Assembly: GCF_018350175.1 (NCBI RefSeq)
Contig: NC_058368.1
Location: forward strand, 33,296,001-33,360,000
DNA: 64,000 nucleotides
DNA from: Felis catus
Taxonomy: Eukaryota
Direction of reading: 5' to 3'
Position numbers and translations under genes: made by a program. Position 1 is the first letter of the stretch. Each line of letters starts with the position of its first letter. Positions 51,288 to 63,949 of this stretch are shown in pieces. The notes under the pieces were generated by a model. That model was not told where the DNA came from, ran no database searches, and worked only from the letters and a program-made list of their open reading frames with translations.

Positions 51288-51760
51288 TTTTTTTATTTTT
51301 TTTAATTTTTTTTAACGTTTATTTATTTTTGAGACAGAGAAAGACAGAGCACGAATGGGGGAGGGTCAGAGAGAGGGAGACACAGAATCTGAAACAGGCT
51401 CCAGGCTCTGAGCTGTCAGCACAGAGCCCCACACGGGGCTCGAACTCGCACACTGCGAAATCATGACCCGAGCTGAAGTCGGACGCTCAACCAACTGAGC
51501 CACCCAGGTGCCCCAACATATTACTATTTAAAAAGTCTTTGTTGGGACACCTGGGTGACACAGTTGGTTAAGCATCTGACTCTTGATCTTGACTCAGGTC
51601 ATAATCTTATGAGTCATGGGATCAAGGCCTGAGTTGGGCTCTGTGCTGACAGTGTAGAGTCTGTTTGGAATTATCTCTCTCCCTCTCTCTCTGCCCCTCC
51701 CCTGCTCATGTGCCATCTCTCAAGATAAATAAAAACAAACTTAAAAAAAATAAAATAAAA
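51288..51760. mobile_element. Head-to-head CanSINE pair (51288-51514 minus; 51544-51760 plus)
   Basis: Separate TSDs ACATATTACT and AAAA(G/T)TCTTT(G/A)TTG. Confidence 0.94.
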
Positions 51761-51809
51761 ATTCTTTATTGAGGAATCTCAGGACCTGTTGTCCACCAAT
51801 AAAAAAACC

Positions 51810-53109
51810 TTGAGAGAAATTTCTCCCATAGCCAGAATTCATGGGTCCAGGAATCAATGGGTATAAGGACCTGTCAACCCTCATGGTTATTCCCAGTAAT
51901 CCTCTAGCAAAGTTTTTGCTTCTTGTTCTCACAACCTTATGCTCTGCTGGGTCTAGATGTCTTAGTTCCAAAAGGAGACGTGCTTCCACTGGGAGACACA
52001 ACAGTGATTTCATCAAATTGGAAATTAAAATTGCCACCACCTAGTTTCTTTGGGCTCCCCATGCATCTGAACTGATAGGAAAAGAAGGGAGTTATTTCCC
52101 CAGCTGGAGTGATTGAGTCTAACTACCACAGGGAAATAAGGCTTACTTCTGAACAGCAGAGGGAAAATAGCTTAGGGTGTCTGTCTTCGTTCAGGTAGCT
52201 ATAACAAAACACCATGTATCAGGTGACTTAAACTCTTTTCTCACAGTTCTGGACTTTAGGATATCCAAGATCAATTTGCTGACAGATATGGTTCCTGGTG
52301 AGAACCCTCTTCCTGGCTTACAGTTAACCTCCTACCTGCTATGTCTTCACAAAGGGAAGAAAAAACTAGCTAAGGAGCTATGGTGTGTCCTTATAAGGAT
52401 ATTAATCCTATCATGTGTAATCCTACTGTCATGATCTCATCTAAACTTAATTATCTCTCGAAGACCCAACTCCAAATATCACATTAAGATTTAGGGCTTC
52501 AGATTACATGAATTTGGGAAGGCAAGTAGGAACATTCAGTCCTCTTTTAGTACTACCATGCCCTCTGATCAATGCAAATATAAAACTACAATAAACTAAG
52601 CAGAACTGCTAATGGCCCAGACACTTCAAGAACAAAGGCTTTGGTCACCCCACTGGGTAGAGTGCTTACTGAGGACAAAGAGAATACAGAATGGGTAGCA
52701 GAAGAAGGAAATTATAAATAACAGCTGCAAACATGTGACTAGTTGCAGAAAGGAAAGCTACAATTAGTATGATAATCTCTTCTTCATTTTGTTATCACTA
52801 TGTCTGTGTATATATACATGTGTGTACAAGTATATATGAGAAATTTCTGTGTTTTCTTCCCTGTCTTATTACTTTATCATGTAACATAAGATGTGCTAAT
52901 TTTACATCATAATGTTTAAGTTACAGGACATCAAGAATAGTGAGCATCACCCAAGGACTTTGTACCCACTTCTGGGGAAAGGGTTAGTGCACTTGTAAGC
53001 AGGACAGTTATATCATTTTAATAAGAAATATTACCACATTATTATCTTTATATGGAGATTAAGTATGGTATAAGGAGTATGTATGTTTGGCAAGTTAACA
53101 AGGGTATAC
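51810..53109 (+). mobile_element. ERV-L internal 3' remnant (integrase end, dUTPase fossil, polypurine tract)
   Basis: Translations SPIARIHGSRNQ (51822-51857), PSNPLAKFLL..TTLCSAG, GDTTVISSNWKLKLPP and AGVIESNYHREI follow the recalled ERV-L sequence. Degenerate PPT directly before an MLT2 LTR. Confidence 0.85.
52176..52542 (-). mobile_element. MaLR LTR (MLT1A/B-like) inserted in the ERV-L internal region
   Basis: 'gctataacaaaacaccat...tctcacagttctgga...ccaagatcaa...tggtgagaaccctcttcctggctt...acattcagtcc'. Confidence 0.85.
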
Positions 53110-53147
53110 TGTAATGATCATATGTGTCAACTTGTCTAAGCTCCAGT

Positions 53148-54450
53148 TGATGAGGAAGCAAAAGGCAGGCTGAGGGCAAAATACAGCTAGCACACCCTTC
53201 CTGCCACCCTCCCACCCCCTCCCCCACCCCAGGTGGGATATGTGTGACTTTCCTCAGGCACTCCTGGCTGCCCCAGTGTTGCAGGATTTTTTAACACAAT
53301 ACCCAGGATTCCCTGTCTCACCACTTGAAAGAATGAAGAGGGGGACACAAAATGACCAGCAGGCAAAAGTTTATTAGAATATAAGATTAGAAAGGAAGAA
53401 TAGGAGAAAGCTCTATTTACGGAGAGGGGACATTCGGAAGTGAATTCCCCTGACAGTAGGCAAGGGTCCTTGTTATATAAGATTTGGGTTAGCCCTCCCT
53501 ATCTCTTCCCCCTTGTTCCTTCTCAGGGTCTACCTTTATTGGCTTGATAGCTCTAGATACTGGGTTTTCCCTTCCTGATTGGCTCATTTCCATTCTATGA
53601 GGGGTGCTCTATGGCTATCCTTAGGTGTTTTGTCAAATTCCTGAGTGGAAACCTGAGGGAGAGTCTTATATTTAAGTCTTACATTTAAGAAGAACCTTAA
53701 GCCTGAGAAGGTGTGCTGTGGTTAGACACTCCCAGCATTGTTCCAAAATAGATCTTCTCCCCCCAACCCCCCCCCCCCCCCCGCAGGGACCTCAGACCCT
53801 AATCTTTCCTTGTCTGCCTACTGAATCCTATCTTCTCCTGTCAAATAAGGACAAAGGAAAGACAGAAAACAAATGGTTAAACTGATTGGGTCTCCACCAG
53901 TTTACAAATATCTTAGTAAATTACAACAAGGCAATCTTATCAATAGTCTAATCTTCAGAAACCTATAGACTCAGTTTACTGGAGCCCCAACATCACCTCT
54001 CCATAGTGATATGGGGAGAAAGGCAAGAAGAAAATGGTAGGTAAAATTCAATTTCCTTATAACCTGCAGCCCATTGACAAATACTTGTGGCAAATAAAGT
54101 ATAACATTTCTCCAGGAACTCCTACAATCTTAATGTTAATGCATTGCTAGAGAGAAAAAAACCTTAGCTTGACAATAGTTAGGACTCCAGTAATCTGTGA
54201 TTCTTTAGCATATGAAAGTCTCTTTGGAAACTTCTCTTTTGAATTTACCTCCCCCCCCCCCAATCCATAGTATATAACCAGTCATTTTACACAACCCCAA
54301 CACAGCTCTTCCTGCCCACTGGTCCTGTCGCTCCCACCCCTGCCCCCATGCTTTAATAAAATCATCTTTTTCCACCAAAGACTTAAGAATTCTTTCTTGG
54401 CCGTCAGCTCTGAACCCCATGAATCCCACCATCACCCCAAAACCTCATCA
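53148..54450 (+). mobile_element. Carnivore ERV1-type solo LTR, interrupted by another LTR
   Basis: 8-bp terminal inverted repeat TGATGAGG...CCTCATCA; flanks CAGT/AGT; TATATAA at 54271; AATAAA at 54355. Confidence 0.85.
53277..53843 (-). mobile_element. Inner solo LTR in opposite orientation
   Basis: TG...CA termini. Minus-strand TATATAA (~53473-53479) and AATAAA (~53371-53376). TSD not clear. Confidence 0.72.
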
Positions 54451-54821
54451 AGTGTCCAGTTGTTTGGTCTAATACCAGCCTCGTTGTTACTGTGAGGTAT
54501 TTTTTAGATGTGATTAACATTTATATCAGTAAACTGTAAGTATAGCAGATTACCCTCCATAATGCAGGTAGGCAGCATCCACTGAGTTGAATATCTTAAG
54601 AGAAAAGTCTGAGGTTTCTGGAAAGAGGAAATTCTATGTCTAGACTGTATTAGCATTTCAGAATGCAGCATCACCACTTACTGGAATTTCCAGCCCATTG
54701 ACTTACCCAGTCTCTCCCTTTCTCCCTCTACTTCTCCTTCTTTCTCCAGATAAATAGAACCAATAGAATATAGAATACGTGTGTGTGTGTGTGTGTGTGT
54801 GTGTGTATTCATTGATTCGTT

Positions 54822-54857
<36 letters not shown>

Positions 54858-56733
54858 TTCATTGATTGATTCATTTCTATTTCTATTTCTTTGGAGAGCT
54901 CTCATGCCTAAGGTAATATTTAAACAGTATATTTTAGGTTATGCTTCATTTAATAACTGAGTTTAATTGCTTGAAACCATATAGAATGGGCCATGTATTT
55001 ATTCAGGCTACCCATTTTTAAGAAAATGTAGGTTCTTATGGAGCACTGGAATACCTGATTTAAATTCTATGAAGTTTACAAAGAAAAACTGGAACAACCA
55101 TTAAAATGTGATGTTTTCAAGGATCACAAAAGTTACCAACAGATTTGAAATAAAAGATTCAAGGCCTTTTTCTTTTCTTTTCTTTTCTTTTTTCTTTTTC
55201 TTTTTTTTTTTTTTTCCTTTTTTTTTTCTTTTTTAGCTTCTGGCCCTAGGATAAGTAACACCTTCTTAAAAGCATTAAGTTACCTATGGTCAGGCAAGCA
55301 ATCTACACAATAGGCTTCTTAAGCACTTTGTTTGAGCTTTGTAGTAATAACAAAAGCCCTAAAGCATCTCTCAAAGCATATGTGATTTTTAAAGCAAAAG
55401 GAATTTTCTGTACAGTTTAGGAATTGGAAGCTTAAATTACAAAGAAGTGGTATTTTTAGCTTCTTCCTGAAAATGGAAAATACAAAACAAGAGTTACCTG
55501 ATTAAGATAGAAGTAGATTAATGATTTATCACTTTAAACTTGTTGAATAGGTAAATTTGGGGGGGGGGGAAGGGCACTTTAAAGTGGTTTTTACTAGGCA
55601 TCATTTGCACATACAGTGTGGTGTGATTTATGTGAGGGATGTTTTCTTTAAAATTTTGCATACTTAATCTTTTATTTAGTTTAATGTCCATATAGGAATC
55701 TATAATTCTCTAAGATGAAAAGCTAGATATTTTTCCTTCTTACCTCCACATCTGAGAGTCTTGTGTGTTGGTTTTATATATACGATGTCCAGGGTTCCCA
55801 AACGTATTTAGTGGGAGGAGAAGGGAAAAATATATCTACACTATCTCACCAGAACCAAAAAAATCCTATTATGTTATTTTAACTTTGTATAATTTATTTT
55901 ATATACAGTATGTGAGGATACATAAATATATATATTTTTTGTTTATAAAGATCAAAGGGACCATTTCACCCCTTCTTGTTTTCTTACAGTGTTTCCTTGG
56001 ATACATGGTAAATTTGGATCCTTATTGTAACTTTTGGAAAATAGATAAATCTCTAGGGATTAAAGATTGTGTCATATTTTTACCCTGTGGAAATACCTCC
56101 AAAGTCATGGTCCCTATAACCTATACATATGTAAATGAATACCTTCAGAGGTTACTCGGGTAACTCAGGTAACTCAGAGGTCTTTCTCCTGAGATGGACA
56201 GGAGGCTGTCACATAGTGTAGCCTTTGTCTCCTGAGGAGATGAGTGAAATTAATGTTCTGTCTTCTACTTTGCTGTATAAATTATGTGAGTTTTTTTGTC
56301 CTGTTTTTGTGGTCACTTTCATGCTAGCTTACATGCATATAATCTGTTAATTTTTTTAAAATAATAAATTATCTTCTTCCATATTGGAATGGAAGTTTTT
56401 TTATTGGCAGGATTGTCTTGTCTAACGAAATTTTGATATGAATGGTAGATACTTCTTGAATTGAGTGGACCAGGTGAAGGTTTTTTGACCAGTCAACAGT
56501 CAGAGAAATCCTGAATTATTACATAAAAATAGCCCTTCTAGCTTTCTACTCTTGAGGAAATATTATCCAGATATCCAGATGGACAGCCCTCTCCAAACTC
56601 TACATTTTATTAAGTAGTTTGTTAATCTTGGCTCGTTAGGATCACTATTAGTTTTAATGGGGAGAAAATATGGAAACGTTGCCTGCAGGCCTGTTAAATG
56701 GTTGACATTTCTCATTTCTCTTAGGAACAGGTC

Positions 56734-56946
56734 ATATATATATATATATGTATATGTATATGTATATATGTATGTATATATATATATATGTATGTATATA
56801 TGTATATATATATGTATGTATGTATATATGTATGTATATATATATATATATATATACATATGTATATATGTGTATATATATATATGTATATGTATATGTA
56901 TATGTGTGTGTGTGTGTGTAGTGTGTGTGTGTGTGTGTGTGTGTGT
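56734..56946 (+). repeat. Compound (TA)/(TATG)/(TG) microsatellite
   Basis: Seen directly. Confidence 0.95.
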
Positions 56947-56988
56947 TGAAAAATGTGGAGAAGGAAGTGCAAAAATTAAAAATATCTT

Positions 56989-57180
56989 TGGGGAGCCTGG
57001 GTAGCTCAGTCTGTTGAGCCTCTGATTCAGTTTCAGCTTAGGTCATGATCGCAGGGTCATGGGATTGGTTCCCTCATCAGGCTAAGCACTGAGCATAGAG
57101 TCTGCTTAAGATTCTCTCTTTCCCTCTGCCCCTCTCCCCTGCTTGTGCACATACTATGTCTCTTTAAAATTAAATCAATA
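56989..57180 (+). mobile_element. CanSINE (older subfamily)
   Basis: GGGGAGCCTGGGTAGCTCAG head; 'ctgcttaagattctctc' core. Confidence 0.9.
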
Positions 57181-58634
57181 TGTATATTTTCTTTCTCTGA
57201 AGGCTAGAACCTTGTTCCTTTCTTTGGTACCTCCAAAGTTATGGTCTCTAGGCTCTTTATCTTTCTGCCCAAGGCTGAAGGAGGCTCTCCTGAAAGCCCA
57301 GAGAGATAGAACAACTCGGTAGGGAATAACTGGAAAATAGCTCAAAATTGACTATTTGGGAGAGTATTAGAGGTAGGGACTGCTAAAGCATATGTTTCTA
57401 TAAGTTCTCCTTAGGTTAAACTTTTCTTTCCCTTTCCTGGTAGATACTTTAACATTTGCACTGAAATTTCTGTATTTTTCCATTGGATGACAGATCCATG
57501 CAGGTCATTGTTATTTCTGGTTGGCCTTCTTCCTTTTTCCACGGTCCTTGTACAGATGGGGACACATTTTCTTAATTTCTCCTGATTACCCTGTAAATCT
57601 ATTAAGGAATGACCTACTGTGCAAATTAAAAGCTACCATAGTCAGTGCATAGTCAGAACGCAAGCCTTGATTTGGTAACTATGTGCCTTCATAAAGAAAT
57701 GGGATTAGGGGACAGTAACAGTCTCACTCCATCCTGGGATGCACTCTGAGCCAAAACATTATTTTGGGCCCTGGGGAATGATAATGCAGGGTTAATCACA
57801 GATACTGAGCCAATAAAATAGCTTATCAAAAGGATAAGCTACAGCCTTATGTAAATAATATTCTGTGTCAAGAGCTCAGTTGGAGGGAATCAAAGTGGTT
57901 ATAAAAGAATTAAAAATACAAGGGATACAAGATCTTAGAGAAGTAAATAAATTTGTAATTCATCTCAATAGGTCCTTTAATCCATATCACTTTGTGCTTT
58001 CTCAGTTATCCTTTGAACAGCTTATAACATCTGCTGATTCATTCACATCACATGAATAAAACACAATCTTTAGCACTTGTTCATTCTCATAACTTTATCG
58101 TTTTCTGAAAGTTATCTTTTAACAGTTTTAGAGGTCTTCCATTGGGGTGCCCAGGTGGGATGCCCACCTCTCAGAACCTGGTAAGCTTAGTCACCAGGAA
58201 AGTGTAATTTCTGGGTGTTTTAAAACCAGGTCTGACTTATTTTCATTTTCTTAGACATGAATCCAAAGCAGCAGTAGGATTTCACTGATACTCTGCGTTT
58301 CAAAGTTTAATTTTGTATTCACTAACTTTTTTTTTGGTCTTGTTAAGATCCCATATATTATTCTTCATTTAGAATTTGGTTATAAGTTCTGTTACTTGAT
58401 GATCTTTGTAAATTGATGGTTTATACAGATCTATTTTCTGTTAGGTGAGAAATAACAAAAATCTTTCTTTTTTTTTTCTTTTCCTGTAAGTTTTCTGTTT
58501 GACTGTTTGGCTCTTTTGATTTCAAATCAACTAAGAATTACATGCCCTTCAAGAAGTCGGTATCTAGGCTCACTACACTAATTCATTGTTGAGTTTTGTA
58601 TTTATGTGTCTACACTTGACTTATGGCTGAAATT

Positions 58635-58847
58635 TTATTTTTTTAAGTTTATTTATTTATTTTGACAGAGAGAGAGAGTGTGTGAGTTGGGGAAGGGGCA
58701 GAGTGAAAGAGAGAGAAAATCCCAAGCAGGCTCTGTGCTGTCTGCATGGAGCCCCCTTGGGGGCTTGGTATCATGAACTGTGAGACCATAACCTGAGTGA
58801 AAATAAAGAGTCAGACACTTAACTGACTCAGCCATCCAGGGAACCCC
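58635..58847 (-). mobile_element. CanSINE
   Basis: TSD ATGGCTGAAA on both sides. Confidence 0.93.
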
Positions 58848-59211
58848 ATGGCTGAAAATTTAAAATTGGAGCAGGAAGCTTTCTTTGTCTTTTTGTGTCC
58901 ATAATTTGTAAAGTTATAAGCCATTGTATATGTGTACTACATTTTTCTACCTCTTGATCATATTTATAAATTAGATGATTAAAAAGCTTATATTGAAGAA
59001 GCTGTTTTCAGATTAGCTTATTGTACATATGTACCTATCCATATTGAATATTACTAAATCTCCCATAAAATAACAAAATTGAACTTATAATACTTGCAGT
59101 GTTCTAGGAAAGTACTAATATAAAAATTTATAAATATTGTAAGAATCTAAATTTACATAATTTAAGTAAATTTTGGGCTACTGAGACTTGTATAGTATAA
59201 ACACCCAGGTT

Positions 59212-59385
59212 GGGGTGCCTGGGTGGCTCAGTCGGTTAAGTGTCTGACTTCAGCTCGGGTCATGGTCTCATGATTCATGGGTTCGAGCTGTGCTGACAGC
59301 TCAGAGCCTGGAGCCTAATTCAGATTCTGTGCCCCCTGCCCTCAAAAATAAATAAATAAAAATTTAAAACAAAGAATCAAAAAAC
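59212..59385 (+). mobile_element. CanSINE with internal deletions
   Basis: Head and core present; CT tract shortened. Confidence 0.9.
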
Positions 59386-59954
59386 AGCTATGTTATATCT
59401 GGTTAAGAATGTTGTGTATTGTACAAGCACACATTTGTATTCTGCTAGGATATGTTCATTTACTAATGACTTAAAGTTATAAGAAAAAGTGTATTTATGT
59501 TTAACCTTATGAAAATGTTATTCTGATGAACATTAATCTGATAGTAGTTGCATTTTTAAGTATTTAAACTTAAAGATAATTTCCAAGAGTTTTGGGTGAC
59601 TTAAAATCATGGACTAATATTAAGTTGAGTTAATGGTGCTCATTAATGCCTTGGTCATTTCTCAGTAAGGTACAAAACCGAGACATTAATTGCTAAGCAC
59701 CATTTTATATGCTGTTACTATATATTTTTATGGTAAAGAGAAGCTATGCATTTGAGTGTGTAAATAAAAGTTTATTTTTGTCACTTTGAGAATTTATATA
59801 ATAAGGGATATATCTATATGGCTGTAAAAAGTCTGAGATGTGTATCCATGAACTTACTAATCTGCAAAATGTTGGTGTATGACAACCAGTCCAAAATTAC
59901 CCACCCTCTAGATTTTTTTTTAATGAAACAGAGTTACTTTGGTTAAAAATTATA

Positions 59955-60449
59955 TTATTGGCTGACTCGGTCCCACAGGACCAGCCAAGAGGGCTCTTGG
60001 CTTCATGCAGAATAGAAATCAAACGGGAGCCAAGAGGAAGTGAGAGCAGAGTTTAGTGAAGGTATACAAAAAGAGTACAGGTATAGACAGAGTGTCTGGG
60101 AGACTCAGAAGAGAAGAGTGAGTCTCATCTTTGTTTGGGGTCTGGGATTTTTATTGAGGATCGTGTTCTGGTATATGAGTGTTTAGATGTCCTCCATAAA
60201 TAACTTATTCCTTGAAGCCAGCGGTCTTGGTGAGTCAGTCGTCTTGGAAAACATGCATGACCACCTCTCCTGGTTACTCTTTACATGTTATTTATCATGC
60301 TGGAAGACCCCAAAGAAGTTATTTACTCCTTGATCTTTACAAGGTGGACATACATTGTCTGTATTGTAAGGTGGTGGTGCAGGGCCTAGTAGGAAAAGAA
60401 GCCATGAAAAAACGGTTCTTCATGGATACCCTTTAGTTTTCCTGTCTCA
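59955..60449 (-). mobile_element. Solo LTR (carnivore ERV1-like)
   Basis: GC-richer block in AT-rich host; minus strand starts TGAGACAGG; TTATA on both flanks; minus-strand ATAAAA at ~60149-60154. Confidence 0.7.
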
Positions 60450-60557
60450 CTTATAATCAATATACAAGAATGAGACTCTGCTAGGAGTAATGTTGACATA
60501 GAGAAATAATTGTGTGAAAAGTATGCAAGATGTGTTTTTAAGAGAAAAAGAATAGGT

Positions 60558-60774
60558 TTTTTTTTTTTTTTTCAACGTTTATTTATTTTTGGGACAGAGA
60601 GAGACAGAGCATGAACGGGGGAGGGGCAGAGAGAGAGGGAAACACAGAATCAGAAACAGGCTCCAGGCTCTGAGCCATCAGCCCAGAGCCTGACGCGGGG
60701 CTCGAACTCACGGACCGTGAGATCATGACCTGGCTGAAGTCAGACGCTTAACCAACTGCGCCACCCAGGCGCCC
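60558..60774 (-). mobile_element. Young CanSINE (SINEC_Fc-type)
   Basis: Reverse complement of the 12971 type. TSD AGAATAG(G)TTTT. Confidence 0.97.
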
Positions 60775-61475
60775 TGAGAATAGTTTTATAGTAAAGTAAA
60801 ATGGCTGGCTGTTCCAGAATGAGAGAGAACAAAGTGAAAGAGAAAACCTGAGTGGGTATAGAAAGTTACAGAAAACTTGAAGAAAGAGAATTTAATTTGC
60901 CATGGACAATGCTGGATAAAATTTAACAAGTTTACTTATAAGACTTTCCATAAAATTCTCTGATTCATTTGATATCGAATATTATGTTGATGCAAAAATA
61001 GAAGTTGTTTTTCTCCTTGTTAAATTGACATTTTTCTTGGAGTATTGATCTGCTCTTCATAAGTAGTTGTAAAATGTTTTCTTTACTTTCTGCATAATCT
61101 GTCCAGATATCAAAGATTCTGTTTTGCCAGAAAAATGTTTTATGCTTTATGTTGATTTTATCTGCTCATTTGAGAACAGAGTCTTCTTATTTTTGAAAGA
61201 GCTGATTCATTTTACATGTCACCTCCTCTATTTACTTTTGAATCTTTTATTGTCACTTTAATTAAATAGATAACCAAGTATTGTTTCTAAGTAACCTATG
61301 ATCCTACTTAATCAGGTGCCAAATCTTCTCAGGCAGTGTTTTTGATTTTGTGTTTCTAAAATTGAACTTCAAATTTAGAAGGGATTTAAGGAAAAATTTT
61401 ATAGGACATCTTTTTTATTGTAAAGTATTTTAAAGTTTTAAGGACATCTTTTTATTTTAAAATATTTTAAATTTT

Positions 61476-61507
61476 CTCCCTCTCTCTCTGCCTCTCCCCT
61501 GCTTGGG

Positions 61508-61565
<58 letters not shown>

Positions 61566-61761
61566 GTTAAGTAATCATTTAAAAAAGAATTTAAAAAGGG
61601 GAGGGGCACCTGGGTGTCTCAGTCAGTTAGGCGTCTGACTTAGGCTCGAGTCATGATCTTGTGGTTTGTGAGTTTGAGCCCCATGTCAGGCTCTGAGAAC
61701 CTGGAGCCTGCTTAGGATTCTGTATCTCCTCCTTCTCTCTCTTTGCCCCTCCCTTGCTTGG

Positions 61762-61810
<49 letters not shown>

Positions 61811-62103
61811 TTAAATAAACATTAAAATTTTTTTAATAGTTTAAAGATTTAAGGACATCTTTTATATCTAAATTTCTCTGTGAGTTTTTTTTTAGAGGTT
61901 ATTTTTTTAAATTTTTATTTATTTTTGAGGGAAAGAGTGGGGGAGTGGCAGGGAGAGAGGGAGATGGAGAATCCCAAGTAGTCTCTGTTCTTTCAGAGCA
62001 GAACCCAATGCGGGGCTCAATCCCATGAACTGAACCATGAGATCATGATCTGAGCTGAAATCATGAGTCGGACGCTTAATCTACTGAGCCACCCAGGAGC
62101 CCC
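61476..62103. mobile_element. SINE cluster: 3' fragment 61476-61598 (+), full copy 61603-61835 (+), full copy ~61895-62103 (-)
   Basis: CT tracts, tails and heads visible. Last copy flanked by TCTC(T/A)GTGAG. Confidence 0.92.
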
Positions 62104-62651
62104 TCTCAGTGAGGGTTCTTAAAGAGCATCTGAAAAAAATCATAAATAGTTGCTCACTCATGTGAACCAGAAATATATGTACTAGAAATAACTAGGTTTA
62201 CTTGATACATTACTACTGATGAGTGTTGGAACTGTTGTCACTTCCCCAGGGATACTTGGCCTTCCCTAGGTGTTAACGGGCAGAAGTGTAATGTTATTAA
62301 TATAAAGACATAATTTGCTGTATGGAAAATTCCTGGAGATTTTTAAATATCCATATGTTTCTATTTGACAGACTCCTAGTGGTGCTTTGCCTGATGATAT
62401 GAGGCAACAACAGTGGAGTATTATTAATCATATTTCAGTAATTCCTTCTAAAACATCAACCTGATTTCAACCTTAGCCTTTAGCTTGAATCTAATGTCTT
62501 CTTCTAGGGCAGTAGTTTTCAATTGGAGATGTACTTCAGATTTACTTACAGAGTTTTATTAAAATACACAAATAAAATTATTCAGAACATATTAAAGAGA
62601 TGTTCTATTTGTTTCCCAAAATTCTTCACCATTGAATTTTTCCTGATCAAC

Positions 62652-63016
62652 TCTTACAAACTGAATGTTTATGTCCTCCCCAAATTCATATGTTAAAACC
62701 CTATTCCCTGATGTGAGGGTATTAGAAGGTAGAGCCTGTGGGATGTAATTAGGATTAGAGGAGGTCAGAGGGCTGGAGGCCTTATGTGTGGGATTAACGC
62801 CCCTGTGAGAGTTGGGATAACACTTGCTTTCTCTCTCTGCCCTCAGCCTTGTGAGGATACAAGTACACATTGGCAGTCTGAAACCCAAAAGAAGGCTCTC
62901 ACCAGAGCCTGATCGTGATCTTGGACTTGCAGTCTCTAGAACTATAGAAATAAATTTTTGTTGCTTATGAACCACCAGTTTATGATATTTTGTGATAGTA
63001 GATCAAACTAAGATAT
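62652..63016 (+). mobile_element. MaLR LTR (MLT1A/B-like)
   Basis: 'actgaatgtttatgtcctccccaaattcatatgttaaaacccta...gatcttggacttgcagtctctagaact..gaaataaatt...aactaagata'. Confidence 0.88.
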
Positions 63017-63529
63017 CAACTTTAACTAAAACCTGGTGGCAAAAGTCTTTGACACTAGAGAAGCTAAGAGTTTTATTTAGTGTTTAGGATAACTGGGTAT
63101 TTTTCCCTACTCAAAGGCAGGTTCCTAAAGAGTGGTAAAGACACTTTTGACAGTCAAATTTCTCACTTAAGGAAGAGAGGAGCATATTGAATCAGGCAAA
63201 ATAATTCATTTTGTTTCCACTGTTAGGAATTATACAAATATTTGCAGAATCTTATGAACTGCCAGATTCCATATCATCCTTGTTCCTCAGAACAAGTAAA
63301 ATAAATAAATAAATAGAACTCTTAAAAACTCATTGACTCTGATTCAGAAATCTGGTGGGTTAAAATTTCCTTGCTATTAGCCTTGTTAAGAAAATGAAGA
63401 ATTACTTCAAGTAAGCATGGCATGATTATTGTTTAACTTATATTGGGTATGGCTATGAAATTGGTTGGGCATTACACCATATCCCATGCTCTACTTAATT
63501 GAATCCCTTGTAATTATTTACACTATTTA

Positions 63530-63949
63530 TTTATGTATTTATTTAATATAATTTATTGTGAAATTGGTTAACATACAATGTATACAATGTGCTCTTGGTT
63601 TTGGGGGTAGAGTCCCATGATTCATTGCTTACATACAACACCCAGTGCTCATCCCAACAAGTGCCCTCCTCAATGCCCACCACCCATTTTCCCTTCACCC
63701 TCACCCTCCCATCAGCCCTCGGTTTGTTCTCTGTACTTAAGAGTCTCTTGTGGTTTGCCTCTCTCCCTCTCTGTTCATAGCTTTCCCCCCCTTCCTTCCC
63801 CCTCTGGTCTTGTGTTAAGTTTCTCAAGTTCCACATATAATTGAAAACATATGATATCTGTCTTTCTCTGACTGATTTATTTCACTTAGCATAATACATA
63901 CCCTCCAGCTCCATCCACACTGCTACAAATGGAAAGAAGATGTGGTTTA
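63530..63949 (-). mobile_element. 5'-truncated carnivore L1 with a micro-inversion at its 5' end
   Basis: Antisense 3'UTR similar to 21180-21490. Perfect 15-bp TSD TATTTACACTATTTA at 63515-63529 and 63950-63964. Confidence 0.93.

Larger units (their letters stand above)
53110..54905 (+). mobile_element. MLT2 (ERV-L 3' LTR), split into 53110-53147 and 54451-54905 by a nested LTR
   Basis: Start 'tgtaatg..tatgtgtcaacttg'. Resumes with 'gtattttttagatgtgattaacatttatatcagtaaact..agcagattaccctccataatg'. Confidence 0.85.
56100..63510 (+). mobile_element. Probable degraded non-coding ERV1 (MER4-group-like) internal region with later insertions
   Basis: AT-rich tracts such as 'ttttattgtcactttaattaaatagataaccaagtattgtttc..acctatgatcct' and 'aaagtaaaatggctggctgttccagaatgag' resemble recalled MER4-group internal sequence. 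Boundaries uncertain. Confidence 0.45.

Noticed and set aside
56563..57004. ORFs rich in Y/I/V/C repeats
   Set aside because: Microsatellite translations.
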